Assembly (NCBI GenBank): GCA_963813155.1
Contig: CAWEYG010000003.1
Coordinates: 448,001 to 512,000, forward strand
DNA: 64,000 nucleotides
Source: an uncultured Acidobacteriota bacterium
Lineage (GTDB): Bacteria; Acidobacteriota; Thermoanaerobaculia; UBA5066; DATFVB01
Reading direction: 5' to 3'
A model generated the notes under the pieces. It was not told the DNA's origin and did no database searches. It worked only from the letters and a program-made list of their open reading frames with translations. Positions 1 through 11,045 of the stretch are shown here, one piece after another. The first letter of the stretch is position 1. Each line of letters opens with the position of its first letter. The position numbers were made by a program, and so were the translations under genes.

Positions 1-893
<893 letters not shown>

Positions 894-924
894 GAGCCGC
901 TTATACTAACGCGTCGTGAGGAAT

Positions 925-953
925 TTGCCGGCGTTGGTGCCCGTCGATATACT
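925..953 (+). promoter_or_regulatory. sigma70-type promoter for the oxidoreductase operon
   Basis: TTGCCG (925-930), 17-nt spacer, TATACT (948-953), upstream of GGAG RBS and ATG 986. Confidence 0.6.
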
Positions 954-985
954 CCATGGGCTTTGAAAGTTTTGGAAGGAGAGAC

Positions 986-2824
986 ATGTCCAGCGTTTTG
1001 ACCTCGGAAGGGCTCGTCGCCGCGTCCCGCCCCGAAAAGCCGATCGTGAACGACTTTTCCATTCAGGTGGCCACCGCGAACGGCTCCGGTTCTCAATCGT
1101 CGAACAACATCCTGATGCGGGCCATCCACCAGATGGGCATTCCCGTGTCGGGGAAAAACCTCTTCCCTTCGAACATCCAGGGGTTGCCGACCTGGTTCAC
1201 GATCCGGACTTCGAACAAGGGGTACGTCGCCCGGCGCCGCGACGTTCAGGTGCTCATCTGCATGAACCCCGAAACGGCGCAGGAAGACGTCCGGACCGTC
1301 GCGCCGGGAGCCGCGGTCGTCTACGAGGAATCGCTCAAGCTCGACGCGTTGCGATCCGACCTGGTCTACTATCCCGTCCCATTCTCGAAGCTCATCCTCG
1401 AGCTCTGCGCCGACGGCAAACTCCGCCGGCTCGTCGTCAACATGATCTACGTCGGAGTCGCCGGGTGGCTTCTCGGCCTCGATCCCGCCGAGATCGCCGA
1501 AGCGACCCGGAAGCAGTTCAAGGGCAAGGCGAAGGCGGTCGACCTGAACATCGGCGCGATCCACGGGGGCTGGAAGTGGGCCGCCGAAAACCTCCAGAAG
1601 AAGGACCCGTTCTACCTGGAACGGATGGACCTGACCCGGGGAAAGATCATCCTGGACGGCAACGCCGCCGCCGCCATCGGGTGCATGTTCGCCGGGGTGA
1701 CCTGCGTCACCTGGTACCCGATCACGCCGTCCTCCTCGCTCGTCGAGTCCCTGATCGACTACATGAAGGAGTACCGGATCGATCCCGAGACCGGGAAGGC
1801 AACGTTCGCGATCGTCCAGGCCGAAGACGAGCTGGCCGCCCTGGGAATGGTCCTCGGCTCTTCGTGGGCGGGCGCCCGCGCGATGACGGCGACGTCCGGG
1901 CCGGGCATCTCCCTCATGGGAGAGTTCGTCGGCCTCGGCTATTACGCCGAGATTCCCGCGGTCATCTTCGACATCCAGCGCGTCGGCCCCTCGACCGGCC
2001 TTCCGACGCGGACGATGCAGGGGGACATCCTCTCCACGTACTTCCTTTCTCACGGCGACAAGAGCCACGTGCTGCTCATCCCTTCTTCGATGCTCGAGTG
2101 CTACTCGATGTCGATCGAGGCGTTCGACCTGGCGGAAAGGCTCCAGACTCCGGTGTTCGTCATGTCCGACCTCGACCTCGCGATGAACAACTGGGCGAGC
2201 GATCCGTTCCCGTACCCCGACAAACCGCTCGACCGGGGCAAGGTCCTCGACGCCGAGGGCCTCACCGAGCGAAACGGCTTTGCCCGCTACCGCGACGTCG
2301 ACGGAGACGGAATCCCGTACCGCACGCTGCCGGGCACGAAACACCCGCTCGCGGCTTACTTCACCCGGGGATCGGGCCACACGGACAGGGCCACGTATTC
2401 GGAGCGGCCGGAAGACTACATCGCGATCATGGACCGGCTCGCCCGCAAGCACGACACGGCGAGATCGCTCGTCTCCAAGCCGGAGATTTTCAACGGATCG
2501 AAAACGCCGATCGGGATCGTCGCGTTCGGGTCCTCGCACCACGCCGTGCAGGAAGCTCGCGACCTGCTCCGGGAGAAGGGCATCGAGACGAACTATCTCC
2601 GGATCAAGGCTCTCCCCTTCCAGCAGGAGATCCTGGACTTCATTCTCGCGCACGAAAGGGTCTACGTCGTGGAGCAGAACCGCGACGCGCAGATGAAGAG
2701 TCTCCTGACGATCGAGCTCGGCGCCGAAAGCGCCCGGCTCCGGCCGGTCCTGCACTACAACGGACTTCCCCTCGACGCGCAGTCGGTCGTCGAGGGAGTC
2801 GAGCTCGGAGAGGTGAAACTGTGA
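986..2824 (+). CDS. 2-oxoacid:ferredoxin (acceptor) oxidoreductase subunit alpha (gamma-alpha fusion)
   Basis: NGSGSQS, YPITPSS, QAEDELAA, TATSGPGISLM, QRVGPSTGLPT motifs. Confidence 0.95.
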   Translation: MSSVLTSEGLVAASRPEKPIVNDFSIQVATANGSGSQSSNNILMRAIHQMGIPVSGKNLFPSNIQGLPTWFTIRTSNKGYVARRRDVQVLICMNPETAQEDVRTVAPGAAVVYEESLKLDALRSDLVYYPVPFSKLILELCADGKLRRLVVNMIYVGVAGWLLGLDPAEIAEATRKQFKGKAKAVDLNIGAIHGGWKWAAENLQKKDPFYLERMDLTRGKIILDGNAAAAIGCMFAGVTCVTWYPITPSSSLVESLIDYMKEYRIDPETGKATFAIVQAEDELAALGMVLGSSWAGARAMTATSGPGISLMGEFVGLGYYAEIPAVIFDIQRVGPSTGLPTRTMQGDILSTYFLSHGDKSHVLLIPSSMLECYSMSIEAFDLAERLQTPVFVMSDLDLAMNNWASDPFPYPDKPLDRGKVLDAEGLTERNGFARYRDVDGDGIPYRTLPGTKHPLAAYFTRGSGHTDRATYSERPEDYIAIMDRLARKHDTARSLVSKPEIFNGSKTPIGIVAFGSSHHAVQEARDLLREKGIETNYLRIKALPFQQEILDFILAHERVYVVEQNRDAQMKSLLTIELGAESARLRPVLHYNGLPLDAQSVVEGVELGEVKL

Positions 2825-3864
2825 GCAGCGTCACGGAACCCAAAGCCCCGCCCACGAATCGAATCGGCCTGACCGTCAAGGAATACGGAGGCCTGAAATC
2901 CACCCTTTGCGTGGGATGCGGACACGACGTCATCACGAAGCAGATCACGCAGGCCTTCTTCGACATGGGCGTCGAGCCCCACCGGGTCGCGAAGCTGTCG
3001 GGGATCGGCTGTTCTTCGAAGACGACGGCGTATTTCGTGGAGCGCGGGCACGGATTCAACGCGGTTCACGGCCGGATGCCCGCGGTCGGCACGGGCGTGA
3101 TGCTCGCGAACAGGACCCTGCTGTCGATCGGCGTCTCGGGCGACGGCGACACGGCCTCGATCGGCGCCGGCCAGTTCGTCCACCTGCTGCGCCGGAACAT
3201 CCCGATGATCTATGTCGTCGAAAACAACGGCGTGTACGGCCTCACGAAGGGCCAGTTCTCCGCGACCGCCGACCTCGGCTCGAAGCTCAAGACGGGCGTC
3301 GTCAACGACCTTCCCGCGATCGACCTGTGCGGCCTCGCGATCGAGCTCGGCTGCTCTTTCGTCGCTCGGTCCTTTTCGGGCGACATGAAACAGCTCGTGG
3401 CCCTGCTGAAAGCCGCGATCGCCCACCGGGGCACCAGCCTGCTCGACGTGATCTCGCCCTGCGTCACGTTCAACAACCACGAGGGATCGACGAAATCGTA
3501 CAAGTGGTCCAAAGACCACGAAGAAGCGATCGAGGACATCACGTTCGTCCCGTATTTCGAAGACGTCAAGATCGAGCAGACGCCCGGCGAAGTGCAGGAA
3601 GTCGAGATGCACGACGGCTCCAAGCTGCGCCTGAAAGCGCTGCGCGCCGACTACGACCCGACGAACAAGTTGAAAGCCGTCGAGCTGCTCCACGACTCGC
3701 GCGAAAAACAGGAGTTCCTGACCGGGCTGATCTACATCAACGAGAAGACGCCCGACTTCCTCACGCAGCTCAACATGGTGGACGAGCCGCTCGCGACGCT
3801 GCCGGACTCGAAGACGCGCCCGGGCCGCGAGGCGCTCGACGCGATCATGAAAGAGCTCACTTAG
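2821..3864 (+). CDS. 2-oxoacid:ferredoxin oxidoreductase subunit beta
   Basis: GTG start overlapping the alpha stop; LCVGCGH, SGIGCSSK, TPP-binding GDGD...NNGVYGLTKGQ, SPCVTFN. Confidence 0.95.
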   Translation: MSSVTEPKAPPTNRIGLTVKEYGGLKSTLCVGCGHDVITKQITQAFFDMGVEPHRVAKLSGIGCSSKTTAYFVERGHGFNAVHGRMPAVGTGVMLANRTLLSIGVSGDGDTASIGAGQFVHLLRRNIPMIYVVENNGVYGLTKGQFSATADLGSKLKTGVVNDLPAIDLCGLAIELGCSFVARSFSGDMKQLVALLKAAIAHRGTSLLDVISPCVTFNNHEGSTKSYKWSKDHEEAIEDITFVPYFEDVKIEQTPGEVQEVEMHDGSKLRLKALRADYDPTNKLKAVELLHDSREKQEFLTGLIYINEKTPDFLTQLNMVDEPLATLPDSKTRPGREALDAIMKELT

Positions 3865-6770
3865 AACGACACCCTCATCGCGACGCGAAAGAGCCGCGGG
3901 TCCTGGCGCGCGGTGATCTTGCCGTAGTTCGCGTTGTTCGACGCGACGGAGGAGTCGAACAGACTGGCGGGGTACCCCGGGGGCGGGTGCGTCGTGTAGT
4001 TCTGGTCCTCGCTGATCGCGATCTGGTTGTTGAAGAGGTTGAACACGTACCCCTGGAGCGTGGCGGTGAGGGGCCCCAGCTGGACCGGATAGGCGAGGGT
4101 CAGGTTCGCCTCCCAGAGCGTTGGAAGGCGTCCGGCGTCTCCTCTCGGCACGAGCTGAATGACGGGAGGGTAGCTCGAGGCGAAGTACCCCAGCTTTTCG
4201 AGCGGCGCTCCCGACTGCGCGTAGCCCTGAAGGCCAACGAGCAGCCCGAAGGGCAAGCGGTAGCTCGCGTCCGCGCGAAAGGCGTTCGGCCGGTCGAGAA
4301 AGAGCTTCCCATAGGAGTTGTGCGTCGAGAGCTGCGGATAGTCGAAGTCGAACGAGACACCCGGATTCGTTTCGCCCGAAGCCTCGCTCACTTCTCCATC
4401 GTAATTGCCCCGAAGTGAGGAACGGACGTACGAAGCCTGAAGCCATAGCCGATCCGCGACGCTCTTTCGGACCAGGAGCTCGACTCCTCGATACAGCCGG
4501 CGAGCGGCCGGCGTCGCCGGCGCGCCCTGCTGGCACTCTTCGGCGTCGCCATCCAGGCCGTTGCAGCCGTAGAAATCGCCGCTTGCGTATTTTCCACCGG
4601 AGCCTGGATTGACGATGGCGCACCCGGAATTCCCGTTCTCGGGCAGGTTGAAATCCAGGTCGCAGCGGCTTTCGATCGCGCGGCCGAGCCGTCGATATGT
4701 CCCTTTCACTCCGACGGCGAACGTCGGATCGAGCAGCGTCTCGAACCCCAGGGTCAGCTCGTCCTGATAGATCCCCTTGAGCCCGTGATCGACGAGGTCG
4801 CCGCCGGTCGGCGAGAGTGACGCGGTCCCGTGCCCGATGACATCGGGGTTCTGCGTCTTGTCCACCGGGTCGAAGTTGTACGTCGTTTCGCGAACGATCG
4901 GCGAAGTGAACGCGCCGATGTCGGTCGGGAGCGAGTAGTAAAACCGGCCCGCCGATGCGTAAAACTTCATTCGGCCGGTGCGGCTCGGGTCCCAGACGAC
5001 TCCCAGGCGCGGCTGCCACTCCGCGGTCGTCTTGAAGAGCGACGATCCCTGAACGTCGAGCAGGTTCTCCTCGTCCCACCGCAGTCCGGCGTTTACCGTC
5101 AATCCCGGTCCCGCGCTCCATGAGTCCTGAATGTAGAGGCTCTCGTCGATGTGGTGCGGACGGGCGATGGCATCAGCCGGCGTGGGGTCGGAGGGGCTCG
5201 CGGCAATGAAATTGTGGCTGTAATAGGTCTGGCCGAATTCGTTGTACCGCTCGACTTGCTGGCCTCCCGTGTAGCCGGTGACCAGAGTGGACATCGAGTC
5301 CTGATAGTCGCCGCCGGCCCGGATTTGATGATTGCCGAAATAGAAATCCAGGTCCGCTCGCAATTGATCCCGGCGAGAGGAATTCCGCTGATGAGGGCCG
5401 CCGACGATCCCCATTCCGCCCGAGGCGAAATTGGGCGAGACCGGCGAGTTGCATGGAAGCTGCGGGGTTCCACCGGCGCAGGTCCAGTCCTCGAAGCGGA
5501 CCGCGGCTCCCGGCCCCGACGGAAAAAGCTCGAAGCGGTCCCGGTGACGGGCCGCCTGCACTTCGAGAACTCCGACGGACCCCACGAGCCGACTCACGCG
5601 AAGACCGCCGTCCGTTCCTCCGATCTCGCGCCGCGACTGCCACGTTCCGGGATCCGGGCTCGAGATGAGGCCGTTGACCGTGCCGGCTCGAGCGGCGCCC
5701 GTGACCTCGGAGGGATCGGAGAACGCGGTTGCGACGAGTGTCGTTCCGGAGGCCGGGCTCCAGGTCAACTTTCCCGAGGCGAGGCTGTCGGTCTGGTCGC
5801 GGGGAAATTGAAGACTATCCGGAACCGCCTTGCTCGAGACGTATCGTGAAGTCGTTCCCGGAGTATCGACGCGGTCGTACGCCCCGAAGAACCAGAGGCG
5901 ATCCTTCACGAGGGACCCGCCGAGATCCGCGCCGAAATCCGCGCGACGGGTCGGAGTGAGACGCATGCCGGTCAGGGAATCCCTCTCGGTCACCACCTGC
6001 GCGGCGGTGGTGTCCTGGGAATCGAGATACAGGAACGCATCGCCGTGGAAAGCGTTCCCTCCGGACTTCGTGACCACGTTGACGATGCCCCCGAGCGCCC
6101 GACCGTACTCGGCCTGGTAACCGCCGGTCATGACCTCCACTTCTTCGATGAACTCGTTGTTGAGGGCCTTTCCCTGGAATCCCTTGATGACGTTGGTCGT
6201 GTTGATCCCGTCGACGATCCACTGGTTCTCGACGGAGGTCGCCCCCGAGATCGTGAGCGCGAGCGCGCGACCCTGCATCTCGCCGTTGTCCTGACTGACT
6301 CCCGGAGTGGAGCGCACGATGTCGGCGTAGTTGCGCTGCACGGGCAGCCCGGCGATGACCCGGCTCGTATAGGTCGTCCCGCTCGTCGTCGAGGTCGTGT
6401 CGACGAGCGGAGAATCGCCGGAAACGACGATCCCTTCCTTCGCGGCGAGCTGGAGAGTCAGGTCGGCGGTCGCCGTGCCATCGAGTGTTACCGTGGCGTT
6501 TTTTTCCGCGGACCGAAAGCCCGCGAGCCGCGTCTCGATGCGATACATGCCGGGCGGAAGGGCCGGGATCCTGTACACGCCGCCGCGGTCGGTCGCCGTC
6601 GTGCGGACCCCCTGCAGGCTCGGGCTCGTCGCGGCGACGGAAACACCAGGCAGCGGAGCCCCGGCAGTGTCGGTGATTCGACCCTCGATCGAGCCCGTTG
6701 TTTGCGCGCGAACGCCGCGGACGGCAAGAAGAGAGGTCAGAACGACGAGCGCGAGAAGGCGACGCGTCAC
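3861..6770 (-). CDS. TonB-dependent receptor, Oar-like, with N-terminal carboxypeptidase-regulatory-like domain
   Basis: Signal peptide then QTTGSIEGRITD, plug motif GGYQAEYGRALGGIVNVVTKSG, C-terminal RVSF; GTG start overlaps the kinase stop. Confidence 0.9.
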   Translation of the reverse strand: MTRRLLALVVLTSLLAVRGVRAQTTGSIEGRITDTAGAPLPGVSVAATSPSLQGVRTTATDRGGVYRIPALPPGMYRIETRLAGFRSAEKNATVTLDGTATADLTLQLAAKEGIVVSGDSPLVDTTSTTSGTTYTSRVIAGLPVQRNYADIVRSTPGVSQDNGEMQGRALALTISGATSVENQWIVDGINTTNVIKGFQGKALNNEFIEEVEVMTGGYQAEYGRALGGIVNVVTKSGGNAFHGDAFLYLDSQDTTAAQVVTERDSLTGMRLTPTRRADFGADLGGSLVKDRLWFFGAYDRVDTPGTTSRYVSSKAVPDSLQFPRDQTDSLASGKLTWSPASGTTLVATAFSDPSEVTGAARAGTVNGLISSPDPGTWQSRREIGGTDGGLRVSRLVGSVGVLEVQAARHRDRFELFPSGPGAAVRFEDWTCAGGTPQLPCNSPVSPNFASGGMGIVGGPHQRNSSRRDQLRADLDFYFGNHQIRAGGDYQDSMSTLVTGYTGGQQVERYNEFGQTYYSHNFIAASPSDPTPADAIARPHHIDESLYIQDSWSAGPGLTVNAGLRWDEENLLDVQGSSLFKTTAEWQPRLGVVWDPSRTGRMKFYASAGRFYYSLPTDIGAFTSPIVRETTYNFDPVDKTQNPDVIGHGTASLSPTGGDLVDHGLKGIYQDELTLGFETLLDPTFAVGVKGTYRRLGRAIESRCDLDFNLPENGNSGCAIVNPGSGGKYASGDFYGCNGLDGDAEECQQGAPATPAARRLYRGVELLVRKSVADRLWLQASYVRSSLRGNYDGEVSEASGETNPGVSFDFDYPQLSTHNSYGKLFLDRPNAFRADASYRLPFGLLVGLQGYAQSGAPLEKLGYFASSYPPVIQLVPRGDAGRLPTLWEANLTLAYPVQLGPLTATLQGYVFNLFNNQIAISEDQNYTTHPPPGYPASLFDSSVASNNANYGKITARQDPRLFRVAMRVSF

Positions 6771-9356
6771 TTGAGGCCGGTCACGAGATACAGGTCGGAC
6801 GGTATGTTCAAGAAGGAGTACGCGTACGAGTTGCCGTCGGGAGTCATCGCGAAAGTGCTCCCCACGAACGCCGCTCGATCTGAGGGAATGATCTCGCGAC
6901 AGAGCGCCCTCCCGCCCGTCGCCAGATCGAGGCGGAAGACTCTCAGGGCCCGGTCCTTCCACCCGGAAGGACCTCCGGAGTTACCGACGAAAAGGCCGCG
7001 ACCGTCGGAGCTCCAGAGCAGCGCGCCTTCTCTTCCCGTCTCGAACCCCGGAATCGGGCGGGACCCGCCGCTGTCGATCGACTCGATGATCCCCTCGCCC
7101 TTCGGGCCGGTGCAGGCCGCTTCTCGCCCGTCCGGCGAGATGGCCCCGCAGGCCACTCCCTCCGGCGCGATCGCGCGAAGACTGCCGGTTGGCAGATCCT
7201 CGACATAGCTTCGGCGTCGGTGTCCCGGGTCCGCGGCGACGAGCAGAATCCGCTTTCCGTCCGGAGAGAAAGCGGCGTCTTCGAACAGGTGACCTTCCGA
7301 CTCGAGGGCTCTCGGTTCCCCGGCTCCGGTCGGCAGCAGCACCGTCGGGGACCCCTGGCCTGCGGCGTTCGCGGCGACCCATTGGCCGTCGGGAGAAATC
7401 GCCATCGCCCTTCCTTCGCCGATTCGTTTGGCCGGAGAGCCGTCCATCGGGCGGACATAGATCGTATGAAAATAACCTTCACTCCCCTCGTCGAACAGCA
7501 TCGTCTTCCCGTCGGGAGTCAAACCCCTCACGAGCGATCCCTCATGCCACGAAAGATCCCGTTCCTGAGTCTCGCCGGGCCCCCGTCCCCGGGTGGTCCA
7601 GCGCAGGGCGACGAGCGACACGAGGGCCTTCCCATCGCGAGAAACGTCCTGGAGCTCGATCCACGTCGGCAACCGCATCACGAGTCGCAGCTTGCCCGCC
7701 AATGTGACGGCGTAGATCGGCGTTCGCCATCCCCGCTCGTTCGCGCTGAACCAGACTTCGCCGCCGTCCGGCGACCAGGCGAGCCCCATCCCTCGTTTCC
7801 ACCCGTGCGAAAGGACGCTGTGTTTGCCCGCGAGATCCACCATGTCGACGGAGACGTCCGGATTCCGAAGCAGGAACGCGAGTCGATCGCCTGCCGGAGA
7901 GAAACGAAGCGCTTCAATCCAGCCTTTCGTTTCGAAGAGGACCTTGCCTATCGGAAACTCGAGACGACTCGTCTTGCCGACGGTCCGAACGATCGCGAGA
8001 CCCTTGCCGTCGGGAGACCAGTCGGCGGTCGCCACGTTCTCGGTCATCTCCCGCGGCGCTCCGCCCGCGAGGGGCGCGCGAGCGAGCGTGCCCGCCCATG
8101 AGTTGATCGGGAGCAGCGGACGCCCCAGAAGCATCGCAATTTCTCCGCCGGAGGAGACGGAAACGACGTCCGCGTCGGCAACGTCCAGTCGGGTCGAGTC
8201 ACGGCCGTCCGTTCGCGTCGAGTAGAGACGGATCGGATCGCCCTCCCATCCCGCCCCATAGACGATCGTGCGGCCGTCGGGCGCGAAGCGCGCGGATTTG
8301 ACGGTCCCGCGGCGAAACGTGAGTCGCTGATAGTCGGGGGCCGACCCTCTGGCGGCGCGTCTCCCGAGGAAGAAGACTCCGATCACGCCGGCAAGCACGG
8401 CCGCTGGCACCCACAATCGAGAGAAGAGAAGGCGCCGCGGCGCGACGATGGCTGGATCCGTGCCGGAGATCTCGCCCGCGTGTTCCCGGACGGTCGAGAG
8501 ATCGTGGGCGAGATCGCGGGTCGCCGCGTAGCGTTCTTTCGGATCCTTGGCCAGGCACCGTTCGATCACCCATTGAAGTGGCAGAGGGGCCTTCGAAGCG
8601 CGAAGCGCGGCGGAGTCGGCCGGTTTCTCGATGATCGCCGCGAGCGTCTGGGGCTTGCTCGGCCCCACGAACGCACGGGTTCCTGTCGCCATCTCGTAGA
8701 GCATCGACCCGAGCGCGAACTGGTCCGAGCGGAAATCGACCGGGCTCCCCGCGGCCTGCTCGGGCGACATGTACCCGACAGTCCCGAGGACGACTCCGTC
8801 GTCGGTGAGATCGGTGATCGTCGTTTCGGCGTCGGACGCGCCTCCCTCGGAGGCAAATTGTTTGGCGAGACCGAAGTCGAGAATCTTGGCGCGGCCGTCT
8901 TTCGAGATCATGACGTTTTCGGGCTTGAGGTCCCGATGCATGATTCCCGCTTCGTGCGCTCGCGCGAGGCCGGAAGCGACCTCGCAGGAAATCTCGAGAA
9001 TCTGTTTCACGGGAATCGGGCCCGACGCGAGCATCGCCCGCAGCGTCCTTCCCTCGATGAGCTCCATGGCGATGTAGGGGACCGAGTCGACACGGCCGAC
9101 GTCATAAACCGCGACGATATTCGGGTGGTTGAGGGCCGACGCCGAGCGCGCCTCTCTCTCGAACCGATTCGCCCGACGGGGGTCGGACTGGAATTCGTCG
9201 GGCAGAATCTTGAGAGCTACGTCTCGCGCGAGACGAGTGTCGCGAGCCCGGTACACCTCGCCCATGCCGCCGGAGCCGAGATGTACGAGGATCTCGTAGG
9301 GTACCGAAACGAGCTCCTGTCAAATCGCGACGCGCGCCCGTTCCACGCGAGACCAT
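6767..9356 (-). CDS. Ser/Thr protein kinase with TM helix and C-terminal WD40/TolB-like (PD40) propeller; 1-bp frameshift near 9300
   Basis: GSGGMGEVY, VALK, HRDLKPEN, DFGLAK, GTVGYMSPEQ; repeated SPDG motifs; N-terminus GARFG/PYEIL split across frames. Confidence 0.92.
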
Positions 9357-10004
9357 CAGCGACTCAGGGCGGACTCCGTCGAGACGCCTCCCTCATAACG
9401 CCGAATGGTCATTTCCACGGTTCCGATCTTCACCCGGCTGCCGTCGGAGAGGGCCTGTGTGGAAGTCAGGCGACGGCCGTCGAGGAACGTGCCGTTCTTG
9501 CTGCCGAGGTCTTCGATCGTCGCACTCGCGCCGGAAACCACGATCCTCGCATGGCGTCGGGAAACGCTGTAGACGTTCGATCCAGGCGACGGCATCATGA
9601 TCTCGCCCGAGAACGTTGACGCCTTCCTGGAGGGTGATTTCCCGGTCGGACCAGTTCAGCCGGAAGACCGGCGATTCGGATGTCCGTTCGGACTCGCCCT
9701 TCTCGCTCGCCTCTCCCGCGAAGGCGTAACCGAAGCCATGAACGGTTCGGATGAATCGAGGGTTCTTCGCGTCGTCGATCGCCGAACGGACCTCGGCAAC
9801 AAGACTCGTCAAGGTTCCATCGGCCACGAAGGTCCCCGGCCAGAGGCGATCATGAATGGCGGCTTTGGAGAGAGCGGTCGGCCGGTTCCGCACGAGGATC
9901 TCGAGAAAACCGAAGGCCTTCGGGGTCAGATGCCTGGCGGCGCCCCGGACGAACAACTCCCGTGCTTCGGTGTCGAGCCTGCACTGTCCAAACTCGATTG
10001 TCAT
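9356..10004 (-). CDS. OmpR/PhoB-type winged-helix plus FHA domain transcriptional regulator; frameshift near 9580
   Basis: FIRTVHGFGYAF wHTH end; FHA motifs LGR, VSRRHA, DLGSKNGT. Confidence 0.88.
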
Positions 10005-10011
10005 TCTCGCC

Positions 10012-10044
10012 CCCGGAAAAATCCCGGAAATTTCCCGGCTTTCT
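10012..10044. promoter_or_regulatory. Three direct repeats with 11-bp period (CCCGG core); candidate wHTH binding site
   Basis: CCCGGAAAAAT / CCCGGAAATTT / CCCGGCTTTCT in the divergent intergenic region. Confidence 0.45.
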
Positions 10045-10108
10045 CCAACGACATCTCTGGGGAAAAAGCGCACCGTGATTATCGCGCAAAACCGTGAAGG
10101 AGGGATCG

Positions 10109-10613
10109 ATGAAGGCAAAAACGGGAAAGGTCGCTCGCTATCGTTTTCAGAGGGGTGGGACCATCGTGGCAGCGGGGATTTTTCCTCTCCTTGGGCCTCG
10201 TGCCGCTCTTCTCCTCTTGTTCCGACAGCTCGAGCCCGACGCAATCCAAAGGAACTCCCCAGATCACCGACGTCGATACGTTGGGCTTCGATCCGGTGGG
10301 CTACACAACTGTCATCACGGTCGAGCACATGGTCGTGGAACCCGGGGGTACCGTGGGTCCGATCGCCGTACCGTGCGGCACGTACTGGAACGGGGCAATC
10401 ATCGCCAAGGGAGGCGATTTTCCTTACACCTACGCGGGGTCGAGCCTGCCCGCCGGGATGACCGTCAGTTTCAATAACGGCCAGCTGTCGTGGACGGCCC
10501 CCTGCGCCGTCGCAGGCCAGACCTTCAACGCAACCCTCACCGTCACGGACAAACGCCAGGCGCGATCCCCGGCGGTCACCGCCTCGTTCCTCGTTCAGTC
10601 CTCCGGAAACTGA
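10109..10613 (+). CDS. Putative lipoprotein with Ig-like C-terminal half; frameshift in the signal region
   Basis: RBS plus MKAK start, lipobox-like LFSSC, LPAGMTVSFNNGQLSWT Ig-like motif. Confidence 0.6.
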
Positions 10614-10657
10614 TCGAGAGGCGGAAAGGAAATTCGATTGATGTCGAGGAGGAATCG

Positions 10658-11045
10658 ATGAAAGCAAATCGAAGATCGGGCGGCTCGCACTGAGCACCGC
10701 TGGCCCCTGCACGCCGAGCGCAGAGGACCTGTGCCTGCTCTCCAGCCGCTTCAAAGTTTCGGTGAACTGGATCGATCAGCATTCCGGAGAGCTCTCCGGG
10801 ACCGGCACGACCCTCCCCTCTCCGACGGCAGCGGCTCATTCTGGTTCTTCCGGCCCGATTGGGCCGAGCTCACTGTCAAGCTCATCGACGGGCGAGGCAC
10901 GAACGGGAAATTCTGGTTCTTCTACGGGGCGCTTTCGGATCTGGAGTACACGATCACCGTGACCGACACGACGACCGGAACGGTCCGGACCTACCACAAC
11001 GATCCCGGCAACATCTGCGGCGGTGCGGACACAAAAGCGTTTTAG
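10658..11045 (+). pseudogene. Stand-alone, frameshifted copy of the ~120-aa C-terminal domain also found in the next gene
   Basis: MKA start fused directly to KIGRLAL...CLL..RFKVSV.W...[36 protein letters not shown]...CGGADTKAF. Confidence 0.6.
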
